A stretch of DNA of 64,000 nucleotides. Source: Phoronis australis (taxonomy: Eukaryota > Animalia > Phoronida). The notes beneath the pieces were generated by a model. The model had not been told where the DNA came from, ran no database searches, and saw only the letters and a program-made list of their open reading frames with translations. Numbering within the stretch: the first letter of the stretch is position 1; every line of letters begins with the position of its first letter. The stretch lies in the NCBI GenBank assembly GCA_002633005.1, contig NMRA01000196.1:604824-668823 (forward strand), read 5' to 3'. The position numbers were made by a program, and so were the translations under genes. Positions 25,754-39,971 of the stretch are shown piece after piece.

Positions 25754-28700
25754 TATCTCTGCAGAAGAACCGCTGACATCTCTGCATCGTTTCCCACCTT
25801 CCTCACAGGGTTAACGCGGCACCTCTCGGCGAGGTAAGATAGACCGTATGCGAGGTGATGGGAATATAGACTGATTAAGACAGTAAAAAAGACTAATGAA
25901 ATCCGGTGGCTCTATCCTTTAACAAACAGGAACCCAAGTTCGGTGCAAGCAACGAACGTTTGATTTAGACCTGTTAACGTTCTACAGTTGATCTCGATTG
26001 TGTTTATGAGAATAGGAATGGTTCCTGAGCTCGAAAGTCACTGACAGCATTTTATTTCTTGAGACCATATTCGGAGCATGACATGACAGGGAATGACAAC
26101 ATACCCTGTAAAAACTGTCCAAGTTTTACTGTTTACATTTTTCCTTGAATGAAAGCTATTGAACTATTATTCACATGGCATTGTTTAATGATGCCAGTAG
26201 ATTGTTACACAGATGTCTTCAAAAAAAGATACCAATTTATCATCCACATTTAGTAGTGTTACTACACTACCCCCCGTTATGCCATTTTGAGGTTATGTAT
26301 AATATACTGCTACACCAAATCTGCCCCTACTGCTATAATAATAAAACTTGGCCAAAATGTTGACAAAACGTGTTATTTTCATTCCATAGAACAAAAACTT
26401 TATCAGCATGTTTATTAGTTATACATTTTGGACCCCAAATGTACTAAAATGAGAACTTTTGAAATATCTGAGATCGTTGCGTCAGCACGTAAAGTCAGAT
26501 TGTCGTCTATGTTTTTTGATATTTTGCAATGAGCTTATTCCTCCTGAATGTTTTGAATGCTTGACTAGTAACCACTTAGATACCATACATGGCTCAATTT
26601 TTGTAAAAATCGATTATGTTCTCCCCAGTGAACAGGATTAGACATGAACTCGACAAATGTAGGTTATTTTGATTTTTAGATGTTATGCCCAGTAATTTCC
26701 ATATGGGTATTTCTTCACATATATTCAAATTAGATTTCCTGTTGATTAAACGTTTATGCAATGCATTGTAATATCAAATGAATGATGCGTTTAATGGCAT
26801 GACCACAGTTTTTATACGACTTAAAACAAAAGGCCGCAGAATTTTTTTGTTTTCCTGGCAAAATACCGGGATTGCAGTTCTCTGAAAACATTCGAACGAC
26901 AAGATAAACTCTAACACTGTCCATGTATATTGCCCATCGGTCGTATCCCAGTTTTCCGTTGTTGTGTCATTGTTGGTTATAACAATACAGGTCACATGTA
27001 TATAGAGCCTTGGGCGTACATCAGACCATTGCTGATAAATGCTTGCCATTACTGGAGACAATGAGGATGCTAATCTATTGTTCTTGATGCAACCAGGTTT
27101 CTCGTGGATGACACAGAAGAGAAATCCCAAAATATCCACAAACACTTATCATGCACCTCAGTAAGTGTTACCGTGCATTGTGTTGTATTGCTCATAATTT
27201 GGGTTCACATTCCGTTGTATTAAGATTCCAATCCCCAACCCTTAATATGCAGTTTGAGTAAAAGTTCTAGACAATGCAGGTTTATGGATTCATTCTCTTT
27301 CAAATGAAGAGTAAAGATCAAATTCTGCACTGGTTTTTCAAAAGTAATCACTTACTGGAAGATCACACACCTAAAACATAATACAACTTTTGACAATTTT
27401 ATTCTTTATCTCATTTGAAAGTTATCGACCTCAGAGACAACTCATCTAAGTTGAAAATATTCCTTGTGAAAAATATAAAACACCAACCAGAGACTACATT
27501 GTAGTATACTACAAACTATATTTTCATATTATAATACAAAATATCTGTGAAGTCAACAGTGCAAATGTTATGACTCTAATAAACAAAAGCCCTCTAGACC
27601 TTTCAACACTCCAATTGATACAACATAGGTCAACCCCACAAAACCAATAAAGTCATGGAATTACACTTGAGGTGATATAGTCTAACTTCGAAAAAGGATT
27701 TCGCTATTTCGTTGGCAACATGTAAATTTCTTCTTCACAAACTTGAGATGGCTTTTTTAAGGAAAATTATGTACCACATCAATGCTCTTATGAACAAATA
27801 ACCACCACAAATTGAAAAATTGTCCTTTCGGTTACAATTAGACAGCTTTTTGCAATGAAATGGTCATGTAAAATTACTTTTGCAACATGGTTTCCATTAC
27901 AACTGCCGTGCGATTACAGTTGTACATACATACTAGACCAGTTACGAAATTACTCATAGGAACCATGAAGTGGTCAATTCACCAAAAAACCAAAGCATCT
28001 CTAGAGCTAATGTTCCAACACTTTTCGTTACTGCGACAAAAATCATTTGAAGTGGACATCTCTATACGATGGCTTGTCTAATTGTGTGTGACTTTATGCA
28101 CACAGCATGGTCTCAAGGAATAGCAAACTGAATTTCCTGCACATTGAGAAAAGTTTATAGAGGTTAAGGGTCTAAATCAAAACTTTACCTTCTGGACGGA
28201 ATGTGGGTTTACAACCCATGCAGTAAGATACGTGAACAAAACCAACCAAACTGCGACAGGGGCTCAAAACTCAAATTCAAACAAAATTCCGTCTTGGTAA
28301 AAATGCGGAAACATGGATTCAGATCAATTACACAATTTCAAGGAAAAGAAACACTACAATGGTAACAAATCTTGAAACAAACGTCTAAATGTAATGGCCA
28401 CATTGAGAAACCCTGTCAGACCAAAAAATCCAGTGAATATACCAACAAAAACAATGAATCATTACCACGTGGCTGTAACAACTAATCCACTGGCGCAGGA
28501 GCATGAGCAGTGGATGGACAAAAATTCAATCCAGCTAAATTTAGGTTTGTGCTGTTCGCACAGCAGTTTTGGTGCAAGCAAACCGTGCACCATCACACAA
28601 TCCAACTTCCCTACAAAGCTGTGCTGACATAATAATGCCACCCCTGGATTTAGCAGATCAGACAGAGTATTTACAGGTCCAGCCACTGTACTGTTTCCTC

Positions 28701-30310
28701 TTTTTGAATTTTTGTAGTGCTAGTGTATCAGTTTCCCACATTTGCTGAGAGAGGCCTATCACAAAAAATTACTTTGGACCACATGTTGTGGTATAAGCCA
28801 GTAATCTTTTACTTAGCAAATATTTCCCCCGACTCGTTCCTCAAGTTACAAATTCTCTTTGACACATCTTCTGGGAGTAGACTTTTCGGCCTCACTCTAG
28901 CCCCCTCACTTAGTTGTCCAGAATGAATTTTTCAACGGTTGAGTGTAAATTCTTGCTGGTTTTGAACTTTTCCATACCCAACCTTTACTAATAATCAGTA
29001 GGTCTTCAACTTCAACAGAAGCCACTTCAGCATAAGCCATTCCTGATTTCTAAAATTGTGTTAATGAAAAAATTAAGAAAATTAAATTTCATGTGGCCAT
29101 CTTGGATCAGAAAATATGAAGACCAAGCTAAAGTGAAGGCATCACAAATAAGTCATTCAGATTTGATTATAAAAATTTACAAAATGAATGTCTATGTACC
29201 TGACAGTAGGACAAAGGTATAAGATAGAAGTATGACACTCTACACGCAGAAAATATTGAGACGTATTTACAGTAAAGTACCCGTGTGTCAGCGTTCATTG
29301 TGAAATGCATGAGTTGTGCACTATATTTCTCTTCATAACATTGAAACATAAACAATTGGCCGATTTGATGCAAATACGAAATTTGTTACAGATTTTTTCA
29401 AGTACTTACTGTTACCGTAGTATCTATGGGCTCCAAACTCGCTTTCTTTTGACCTACTCTGAGATTTCATTAAGTCAGCCTGTTTTGTCTTGCAGCATCG
29501 GCATATCCCTGAAATTTCATAGTTATATTCAATCAGCTGTATTGGAAATATCTTTTGTTGCATGTTCAGTCATAGGCTATAGGGATCAACCAAAATGAAA
29601 ACAACAGAGCCTTAATATAGATGGTTACTATAGCGTGCTTGAGTACCATCCACTGTATACTATGCATTTGCTAAGCAATTTCTAGCTAGACCGTCTAAAG
29701 TCCCCAACGCAACTGTAAAAGATGCCCCCACCCTAGTTCACAACCATTCTGGTTGTTTATAACCTTAAAGTCATGTAAAATGTTTAAACACATTTGGTGG
29801 TTATTATGAAAAGTTATGATGACTACCTATTTTCAATGTCGATAGAACATAATTTCAGTTTAGTAAACATACTGGCCATTACATGTAAGTGGCGCTTATC
29901 GTTATTGGAACCGATGAGACAGATTCGAGGACCAAAACCGAATTACAGCGCTGGACAACAGTTCTGTGATACCAGGTACCTGTCGCAGTCCTACGCGCGT
30001 AACAAAACTGATGAACTTAAAGCCTATCTTCAACGGTAACACATGAAAATTTGGTTCCTAGAGTATGTTAAAAGCATCGCTCTGACCCCATTAGTGCCAT
30101 AAATTGCCAAATGTAACGCACTTGTTAAGCAAACTGGCTTCCTTTTGTCTGCATCACCGCAAGAATCACCTTTTAATTCAAACATCTGCGAAAAACACCA
30201 GCACACAGTAGTGTTCTATTCAGACCCCTATTCAATTCAACCTTTTGTTGCTTGTGCTGGGATCTCGCGGTGAAGCAACATGGCTCAATGAAAGACAGCT
30301 TCACGTGCAT

Positions 30311-33300
30311 TAGTCGGTGGGCCAGATTTTGTAGGGCCTCTAGAAAATGTTTTTTGTGAGTACTTTAGGGGGGCAATTTTATTTTGGTGTTTTTTAATTC
30401 ATTTATTAGAGTGTTTTCAAAATCTAAAAAGTTCCCACATATAAAGTTGCACATTTTTGAGAAATTTGAGTTTGAAGTTACATAATAATCACCAAAGAGC
30501 TTAGTAAACTTATATTTGTAAAAACAACAGTTTTGGTGACTTTTTTGTAAAACAAGTAATATGGTCCCATCAGTGCCATTGTATTGAACAATATTACACT
30601 CACATTACACGTTTTACTATTGTAAATTAATTGTAAACAGTGAAATTTAAAAAACGTAAAGAGACACCTAGTGGCAAAAATGCAAACTAAGTCTGAATGT
30701 TACTAGGAAGTTATTCTGGCATTGTCAGGCAACAAAAATAACACAAAACACTTGAGACTGGGCAAAATTTGTGCCTCAATGACTAAAACATTGACTAATG
30801 GTGTAAAATACAGCTTGTTTGCATAATACACCAGAAATACGTTATAGTACAAAAACAATATAGTTGAATGATCTCTGTGAATGTGCACAAAGACTGTATG
30901 AAAATAATAGATTATTCTGACAGCGTTTATCAAGCAGTATGAGACAAATACATGACAATGATCAAAGTATGTACTTTCTATGACTTAATCAACAAATAAA
31001 ATTAACTTTTTAATACAAAAAAGGAAATAACGGGGTTGGAGGTCTATTTAGGGTTGACTTGTCAAAGAACTATCCAATGTTATGCAGTCAGTGTTGCTGA
31101 TGTTACTACAGTTGTCACAGCTGCACATTTCTGTACAGTTTGACCCAGCATTGCAGCACAAACTCAGTTTCCCAGCACACATGTTCTTTTTGCACTTGCA
31201 GCGTTCATCGTTTAGTACTGTCAATGGAGATGCGGTCATTGCCATACATATTAACTGCAAAGCTCCACCGCCAAGGAGCCAACTATGGTCGATTAGAGAG
31301 GGTACAGCACTGCACACTGGTGATTAGCCCGCAGGCAATGAAGGGTCAAACACTAAGTCCTTGTTTGGAGGCGGGCACTATTTGGGCAAACGTTTGATTC
31401 AAAATATGTTATAATGGGCTGTGTTAATTAGAGTCAGCAAGTGAATTATTGAACACTAGCCTCAATTCACTTTCGTATCTCTTAGTCGGGCACAAACTAC
31501 AACAGTGAGTAGCTTCAACAATATTTCTTAAGATTGCCTGTCCAAATAACTTCATGCACACCAGCTTTCTGAAGAACAGCTTCAAAGTCTTGCTTTAGTT
31601 TTGAAAGGCAAATGACATCTCCTTGTGTTAGAAGCTTCGATTCAATGAACTCCAAACAAAACTGTAGAAAAACATCTCTGAAAACTGTGAATTCGTCACT
31701 CTTCACAATCGTTGTCTTTCTATTTTTTATAGCATGATGATCTGTGGTACTTGGCTTCTAAGACACAAGGTCTTTATCTTTGAATTTCATTTGCATATTC
31801 AGGGCTCTGGACTGAGCTGTTGCTTGCGATACAAGTCCAACTGAAAAAAACACGAACTGTTAACACTAACTTAACATTCAACTATGAGTGAGTTGGCATG
31901 CAACTTTTTCAGACGGACTTATCAGGCACTGATCCACCACCAGCCTAACAAATTTACATGCCGTCTGATCTGTAGCCTAATAATGTTGATCGTCTAATAA
32001 TTAGATCAGTTGACGCAACTGAAAATAAATCAGCTGATATACCAGTGCAGTGATTGAAATTTAATTTTTTTAAATCAGATGCTCAAACCATAGTCAATCG
32101 ATTTACACTTTAAGGTAATCGACGTTTGACGAAATGGACAGTGGCTTCCATCGTCCTCAAATTTCGACGGCGACGATGGCCACTTAGGCACTTTAATTTA
32201 ATTATCATTGCACCTACCTAAGTAATTAATGTTTACAAAAAATTGAGACTACGGCAGTGGATGACGGCCACTTGGGCATGTTGTTTGCAACCATCTACTC
32301 CATTTAACCTTCTCAAAAAATTTTGACTTAAAGTGCTTTAAAATCACACCCACAGTATATAACGCCATAGGATTATTCCTTAGCGCAAGCAGTGTAGATG
32401 TGGCAACTGAATGGCGTGTTCAAAAAACAGGGTTACAGGAGTATTTGTTTAACATGGGAACAAATGAAAACATTAACTACCTCCTCAGAGGCATCTCTCT
32501 ACGCGGTATTTCTAAACCTATAGGAACATAATTCGCCGAAAAGTATCAGGCATATGGAGTACCTATGGTATGATCATCGACTCTACTTGGTCAGCAGTAT
32601 TGTCTAAGGCCTAGGCAGCCAAGGGGCTGAACAAGTTAAAAAAACAACTGGTGATAATACTGAACACACACATGGAAAACACCAATATGTATTTTTCAAA
32701 AACACGTACCTGTTTTTGAAAGCTATACTTCTCTCTCTTTCTTGAAATGTGGCACTTTTCCTGCTAACAAATGATGCACTCATGTTTCAGAATGTTCCTA
32801 TCTTGTTCAGGTTAATTGGGTGTTTCAGATTTTGGAAGTATAATTGATTTTCTTGGGAAATCTTGGATAACATCTGTATCACTTTCAGCAACTTCAGCTT
32901 TAGTACAATTGTTGGTGCCTTGAAACGTTGCTATGCTGTTCTATGTCCTTTCAATTTTCACTTGGTCTTCTAGTCTACAGCACTCATCAGTATACTGTGT
33001 AGGCTACCAGGACATGCAGCTGTTTTCTGCACAAACGTTTGTGACACCTCTTCTGCTTTTTGATCTACTGATCTACAGAGTTCCACAGTCAATCAGATTT
33101 CGTCAGGAAGCTTTCCTAAACTTCTTTAGGCTCTGACGTCACAATTTTGTGCTGTTTGATAAACCTTGACTTTTACAGGCATCACACTCCATGGGAGCAG
33201 CCATATTGAAGTAACTAAGCACAACAATACAATCTGGCTCTCTGATTGGTCAATTTAATAGAAAAGCGCCATCAAGTGGCAGGAATGTGCATCATATTTT

Positions 33301-33466
33301 GTGCAACAAAAACACCTTTTTTTAAAAAAAAATGTGCAAGTGTAGACGTGGGAACTTTTTGGAATTTGATTTATAGGTATATTATCTAGCCACATAGAAA
33401 ATACTAGGTTGCCCCCCCCCAAAGTACTCACAAGGATGAACGCTACGAGATCTGGCCCACCGACTA
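30311..33466 (-). mobile_element. Internally deleted Academ DNA transposon
   Basis: TIR tagtcggtgggccagat / atctggcccaccgacta with patchy similarity extending ~160 bp and 3-bp TSD CAT (30308-30310 / 33467-33469). Relics on the - strand: DKDLV.LEAKYHRS (~31760), FRDVFLQFC..TGNLKK, and C-terminal CXC CKCKKNMC...CCNAGSNCTEMCSCDNCSN. Confidence 0.85.
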
Positions 33467-36400
33467 CATGTATCATTTGACGGGTTTACACTTTGGCGTG
33501 TTTGAACTCACGTTTTCTTATTTTACTAAGGCTTTTCTAGCACTATCTGGTAAGCCTAATACATCTAAATTAACAAAATTCCGTTGAAGTTAGGCTTTAA
33601 CCAAACATATTAACCAGGATATTGCTAACACTGTTGGTATGGCTTTCATTTTGATATGTTGTTCATCTCTGCAGTCATGTATGAGTCTTTGTGTAACAAT
33701 ACACTGCATATACTTCAAGACATTTGAAATGAGATATTGTTAAGCAATAAGGCCCAAGTTATAAGCAATCACGGTGTGGCAATAAAAGTATTTATGCATG
33801 AATGACGTGCTCCTAAAAATATTCCTCAGGGTCAGACCCTGTAGTTTGGTGATTCCAACATGAGCTCACATGGTCAAAGCAGGATTTTGGACCTTGATTT
33901 TACGTCTTTGGTCGTTTTTCATACGTCTGTCGGATTTCCCCTCTTGTGTGTAGTGGGTGTACTCAACGCCAATATATGTCGAGGGTTCTATCGATGCAAG
34001 AGAATCTACTACGGTAGATTATCTAGCTCCTGCTGCACCTCTCTGAGGCAGACAGACTACTCGGGCGGACACGTTCCACCTCCTTCACATCACCTCCCCT
34101 CACTTTTAAGGTTCTAAAATGTCTCATTAAGTTCCTTGTGCATTTCCCAACAGTGTTTCAAAGTTATTTCTCTCGCAATTTGTAAGAATACCACATGTGA
34201 TGCGATTGACAGTGCCAGATTCGCAAACCTGCACTTTAGATCAAGCACCATTCAACTAACGCATATTGTATGCTTTAGTCTGGTATTCAATGAGTTAGGT
34301 GAACAAGATTAGTATAATTTCATATTTTAATTGGAACTGCAAGTGTCCTTAAAGTTAATTAAAAACATTTAAGCAAACCAATTCTGATAATTGTTGTACT
34401 ATACCACGGCATTTCAATGCGTGCAAATGGCGCACAACTGGTGACTGGTTTGACATGACAAAAACACAAATGTACGGTCTGAAAATAGTGTATTTCAGAA
34501 ACGTATTACCAAGCCTGCATGAAGGGCTGACAAAGTTTTTTGTATTAATTTCAAAGCTATGGAGTCTTCTACATGCCCATGTTATTATTTTCAGTTTCCT
34601 CGTGGGGGCAGCTTCGCTATAAGGGTGTAACTTAGTGCTGGTTTTTCACCAGCATGAAATTTACCTCCACGGAAACAGCTCCAGTGTTACCATGGTAACC
34701 GATATTTTAGTGTCGATGCCGTTTTTGCTTACATTGGTCATAAACCTGTCATGTGATATCAAAATTATTCACAAATAATTCTGTTTGAATCAGAAACTGC
34801 ATTGTAAAATGCAGTCAAAAATGACTCATTCCTCATCAACTGAAGAAATTGCCTCATTTTGCCCCCCAGAAGACTACCCTAGTATCTCCTAAACCACCAG
34901 ACTTTGTTGTGTCATACTTCACCCAATTTTTCTCATCCCTAAAGTGATTTATTAGACCAAGCATGGTTATGAACGGCTGACCCCAACCCCCCNCCCCCAA
35001 CCTTCCCACTTGTTGGCTGTACTGTGGTCGGTGGATCCGTGGACTGATACTTAAGACTAAGGCAGGTTTTAATTATCTTTACAGGCATTGTTGAAATTAT
35101 CCATGAAGTAGAAGTCATTGTTTTTGTTATAGTTTGAAACAAAGGTTGTTCGCGTTCATCTTTTCAATTCTTTTTGTATTAATAGTGTCATGAAAACTCT
35201 GTTTTCTAATCAAAGTGCATCATTTTTGCAATTATCTAGGCCTAAATTACTGTAATAGACCGTTATTATTCATGTTTATATTAATGCTGTACAAGATTTC
35301 AAAGGTCATATAAGTTTATATCATTAGTGATTTTTCCGGCGATTTCTGTAAAAATGTGTCAGAGTTCTACACATTTTATTTTCCACAACCAAGTTTCGAA
35401 TGGTTAAACCGAGCAGCGCCTTCTTCGTTTTTTCATTAAAGCCAGCTGCTTCCATTCTTTGGAAATAATGGTTTTATTGGAATTTTGTCTCTTGACGACC
35501 AGCTGGGACCGTGACTGTAATGGAGTAGAGCAGTGTAGGTATATTTATATATTTTGTTCTACGGCAGTACCATTTTTGAAAATGAAGAGATTTGAATCAT
35601 TAGGAAGACCAGATTAGTCCGTATTGAATCCAAGGATTTTTGTTTGAGTTCTTCTACAGACTGCAGGAGCAACAAATATTTTTGAATGATGAATTCGCTC
35701 GATACATAATCCCGCTAATTTACCATTAAGTTCTACATTTTCCCTTTTACAAATCTCCCTTTTCTCTTTGTTTAATGGAGACATTACAGTATCTCTGTAT
35801 ATGATTCCCCTCAGTTCTATTATTACTTCAAACTGGATACTGCTGCATGTTTGAGCCTTAATTTTGAATTTGAGGGCATTCGACGTTCTTGGAAATTCAT
35901 ACACTGTAAAAATCGCCGTGGTGCCGTGGTGCAAAATGCCTAACGGTTTGAAAGATCACCAGAAATAGAACTCGGGCATGAAGGGTTTGAAAGCCGGTAG
36001 ATCAGCCCACTTTTACAGGCGTTCTTCACCCTAGCGACCTCTAGCAGCCACGCAAGTCTCCAGCACGGGCAAAGGTAAGAGTCCTCGTCGTCACATAACT
36101 CATCGCAATACAACAATGTTTAACTTTGAATGCAACAGTTTAGTTCGAACCCGGAGTTCGTAATCAGGATTCGGCTATGCGAACACCAAAGATAACTAAA
36201 AGCCACAAGGCTTGCCTAACATAATTTAAAAGCAATTTACAAATACAACGAAACGCCGAGATAACACAGCATTTAGCATAGACATCTGTTGTGGCACCAC
36301 TTCTTCTGAAAAGAAATAGGGTAGCACACTAGTTACAGTAGATTCAGGCCAGTTCCGCAAATAATTACTTTTTCAAAAATTGTCCTTCCCGTTGAGTTCG

Positions 36401-38023
36401 ATTACCAGGTCTACCAGACTCTGCCCCGGGAGTTGGCCAGTACCACATGGACCCCGACAAGTCTAAAAACACGCATTTAGAGGTGACATATGTCTTGTTG
36501 GCTAACCAAAACGTCTAAATAACGGTCACCAGAACGATTTGAAAAATTATGCCAAAGGCCTGAGGGCTGACTCTCCTCCATCGTCATTATGTAGTCACGG
36601 AAGTTTCCGACCATAGAATTTTCCTGAAAATGACGTAAACCGTATAACACATATTATTTGAACGTTCCAGAGCGTGTGGCTGGAATTGGCACCAGCTTAT
36701 AGTGCGCGCCTAGAGTACCGCGGGCTTTGTTGGCCGGGGCTGGGACACCGTGATCATTCTTAATCTGTGATTTATTGAATTTGATTAATGTAACAAACTT
36801 GCTTCAACTTCAGTTATCAACAAATCATAATTTTTCCGCCGCAATATTTGAACTGGTTAACTGGTAATTCTCTCGACAACGGGATTCGCCACTTGGACTT
36901 ACCAGGCCAGACACGACTTCGTTGTCTCGATAGGCGAGGTCTTCGATTGGTGGGAGCGCCACATCAAGTTTTATTTTGGCGCTAATGGGGGAACGCAATA
37001 GGCAGTAGGTTAAGGAAACTTAGTTGAATCCCTAATAGGGACTGTTTCATGCAACTGGGCACTTATGACTAATATTAAGTAAAACATGATTATGAAGCAA
37101 GAGCAACGCAAACCTTAGTCTTTTTTCCCGAAGCTGATTTGGTCGAACTTACCCTACGACATGCATGGAACATTTCAGCGGTTTATGCACAAGTCGGAAA
37201 GCCCCTAAATACCAGCTTTGACCGGAGTGACAATGCATTTATTTGTTTGCTTATTCCTCTGGAAAATACAATAGCAACTTCAATTTCAAAGTTATTCTTT
37301 CAGCGGATTTTGATGTAAGTTGAAAGCAACCACCCAACCAGATGGTCCGTAGAGTAGTTGACATGACTACTAAGGAAACTAGATTACATTGATAAAATTT
37401 TGGAAAACTATGTCATTCGCCCTTGGTTTGATCATGATGACCACCACTTTGAAATCCATGATAGGTAGCATATTTTACATTTTTAAAAATAATTAACAAC
37501 TGTTTTGGTCCAACTTATATGCCTATAGTTTTTGACACTTCGCAAGATGAACACCCAAAGCAAGTATAGTCATGCCAGCGGTCATTTTGAGATGCGGTAT
37601 GGCTGTGCTCACTATTTATCTAGCGACACATAGTGTATGATTTGACGTTAAAAGTCATGGACTTGTATGTCAAACCAAAAACAGTCAGCGTTAAAACTGA
37701 GGAGTCAATTTTTTTGAAATCAAGACGATGGTTAGTTAACATGGTGCTACCGATGGCTGCTTACAGTTTAGTTCAATTTTGATCAGCACGTCATATTGAT
37801 ATGTACGCCAATTTGCTTGTATCTGGACTTGAGCAATTTTGGTCCCTAAACGAGAAAAACCTACATTTTGGTTTGCTCATTATGGTCACCTTTATCAGAC
37901 CTGATTAAAAAGAGCAACTTAACTTTTGTTTGCATAAGTTTTTGCAACAATTTCAGTTTTCTTTGAGATATAATGCAAAAGCAAGTATACAGTGAGATAT
38001 GGATAATATGGCAGCCATTTTAA

Positions 38024-38920
38024 GGTACAGATGGTTGGGGTCACATTTCTTCATTAAAATTGATTGATATGAACTACTTACTGTATGGATTTACGTTAGT
38101 TAGCATGGTGATAGCGATGAATTCATAACTTCACATTGGTAATAATTGACCAGTATACACCAGTGCAAATGTTTTTATCAAAAAGTAACCAGGTCTAAAG
38201 ATCCGTTAGGTTTCTTCAATTTCATATTTTTAGCTTTCCCATTAGCTGCAGCTCCTATGTTCATGGCACTAACCTATGAATGGTGCCACATTTGACATCC
38301 ATAACCCCCAGCGCTAAGAAATGGGTAGCAAGTGCTGTTGTCGTCAGAGGCTGCATTACTATAAAGTGTTGCACCGTCTCAAAAAAAGAAATCGAAAATG
38401 TGCGACCAGTACAGATGATGATCTTATCCCCTGCCAGGGAGGGGACCCTGGAGAAGCTCGCATTGTCTTCTTCAGTGAATTGACACGTCTGAATACGTTT
38501 GCTTGATGTTATTGTCTCCCTTTTGTCCGAGTATGAGAACTGCTCCTGAACTCACGTAATTCATTTGTACTGGTCGTCTTGAAGGACCCTTTGACGCCCG
38601 CAAGTTATTGGTGATTTTCAACGTACCCTGCAAGTGCATCCGCCTAGCCTCAGTATTTTTTGCCTGTTCTTGTATAAATAGTTCATACATCTGCCAATTG
38701 CATCACTACTGCATATGTCAACACAGTAAGCCTTGCTGTACGTTGTAAAAATAAAAATGTTGAATGATTGTTTTTAATATTGCCAACGTACTAATTGGTG
38801 TCATAATATGTTGACATTAAATACCAGTATTAAACGTCGATAAGACATGCTGGTCAATGCTGCATTGTTCAATAACTCAGCATGCATATCTATCTTACAC
38901 ATCTAATGTGATTCTGTACC
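38024..38920. mobile_element. Possible Kolobok-type non-autonomous element
   Basis: ttaa|ggtacaga ... tctgtacc|ttaa: 8-bp TIR, GG terminus, TTAA on both sides. The TIR is short, so a chance match is possible. Confidence 0.5.
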
Positions 38921-39517
38921 TTAATATTCGATACATTCAAAGAAAAAATCATGGCTACTCCTAACTGTATTAGTAGTCTTGCAAAAGTTGGCAGCTTTTT
39001 TACTGAAACATGTGTCGAAAAATATTTTTTGCGAGATCAGCATAAAACAAACATACATGTAAGGCTTGTGTCAGAAAAGTAAATGGTGACTTAGTCCATG
39101 CCCTCATAAACTTTTAGGAAAGTCTGTACCGGTCGATGTACAACCGCCCGCGGATGCTCTCACAAATTGCTACTTAAACACGGAAATTGAGTTTACGCTC
39201 CCATTTCACTAATACTAAATGAAGGTTTAGCCAAGTAATCGCATCACGGTCTAGAAATAATTGATAAAATTCTTATGAGCAAGGAACAAGCCCAGACTAG
39301 TTTTTTTTTCTACACACTGCGATACTCCGGAAATCAGTGATAGTCCGTGTTAGCGTTTCTAGGTGGAATCCTTTATTACTTGGTGAAATTGAATTTTCAC
39401 CTAGTATATTGCTCAGACATCAAGTTTTTTTCGTTCGCATTCTACAGTTCTCATTTCTTGTTTGATTCTCACCAACTTCACAGACAATCTGTTGTCCCGG
39501 AAGCACGGAAAGCCTAC

Positions 39518-39971
39518 AGCCTCCCGTTTACTAACGATAGGACCTCGCGAGATTACGTGAGATATTGCTGTGCATTTTAAATGAGAACACGTGACTTTGA
39601 CTAGGTTTTAGCTAGGTCCTAGCGTAGGTCCTAGCGTCTACTGAATGCACGCCAGGTTTCCGTCATAATCGGATTCAAAATGGCGGACATGGTTGTCATT
39701 TTGTATTCGAATTCAGGATTAAAGATTCATAGTGACAGCAATTTTTTCACGTAACGTACATAGCTGAAAATCAACACTGTTTTTGTACCGGACGTGTACG
39801 ACAGATTGTTGGAAATCATGTACTTCTGACGTGCGGTCAGGAACTTAAGGACTTACGCTGGGACCTACCTAAAATCTAGCTAAAGTCACGTGTTCTCACA
39901 CGGCAATATCTCACGTAATCTCGTGAAGTCTTGCTTTTTAGCGAGGTCCTAGTGTTACTGAATCGGAGGCT
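39518..39971. mobile_element. MITE with long (~115-bp) imperfect TIRs
   Basis: agcctcc..aggacctcgc..gagattacgtgagatattgc..tgagaacacgtgacttt..tagcgtaggtcct is mirrored at 39849-39971. The centre contains aaaatggcgg. Confidence 0.85.

Noticed and set aside
26250-27518. Possible TAG-ended non-autonomous element
   Set aside because: Inverted similarity is too short and degenerate and there is no TSD.
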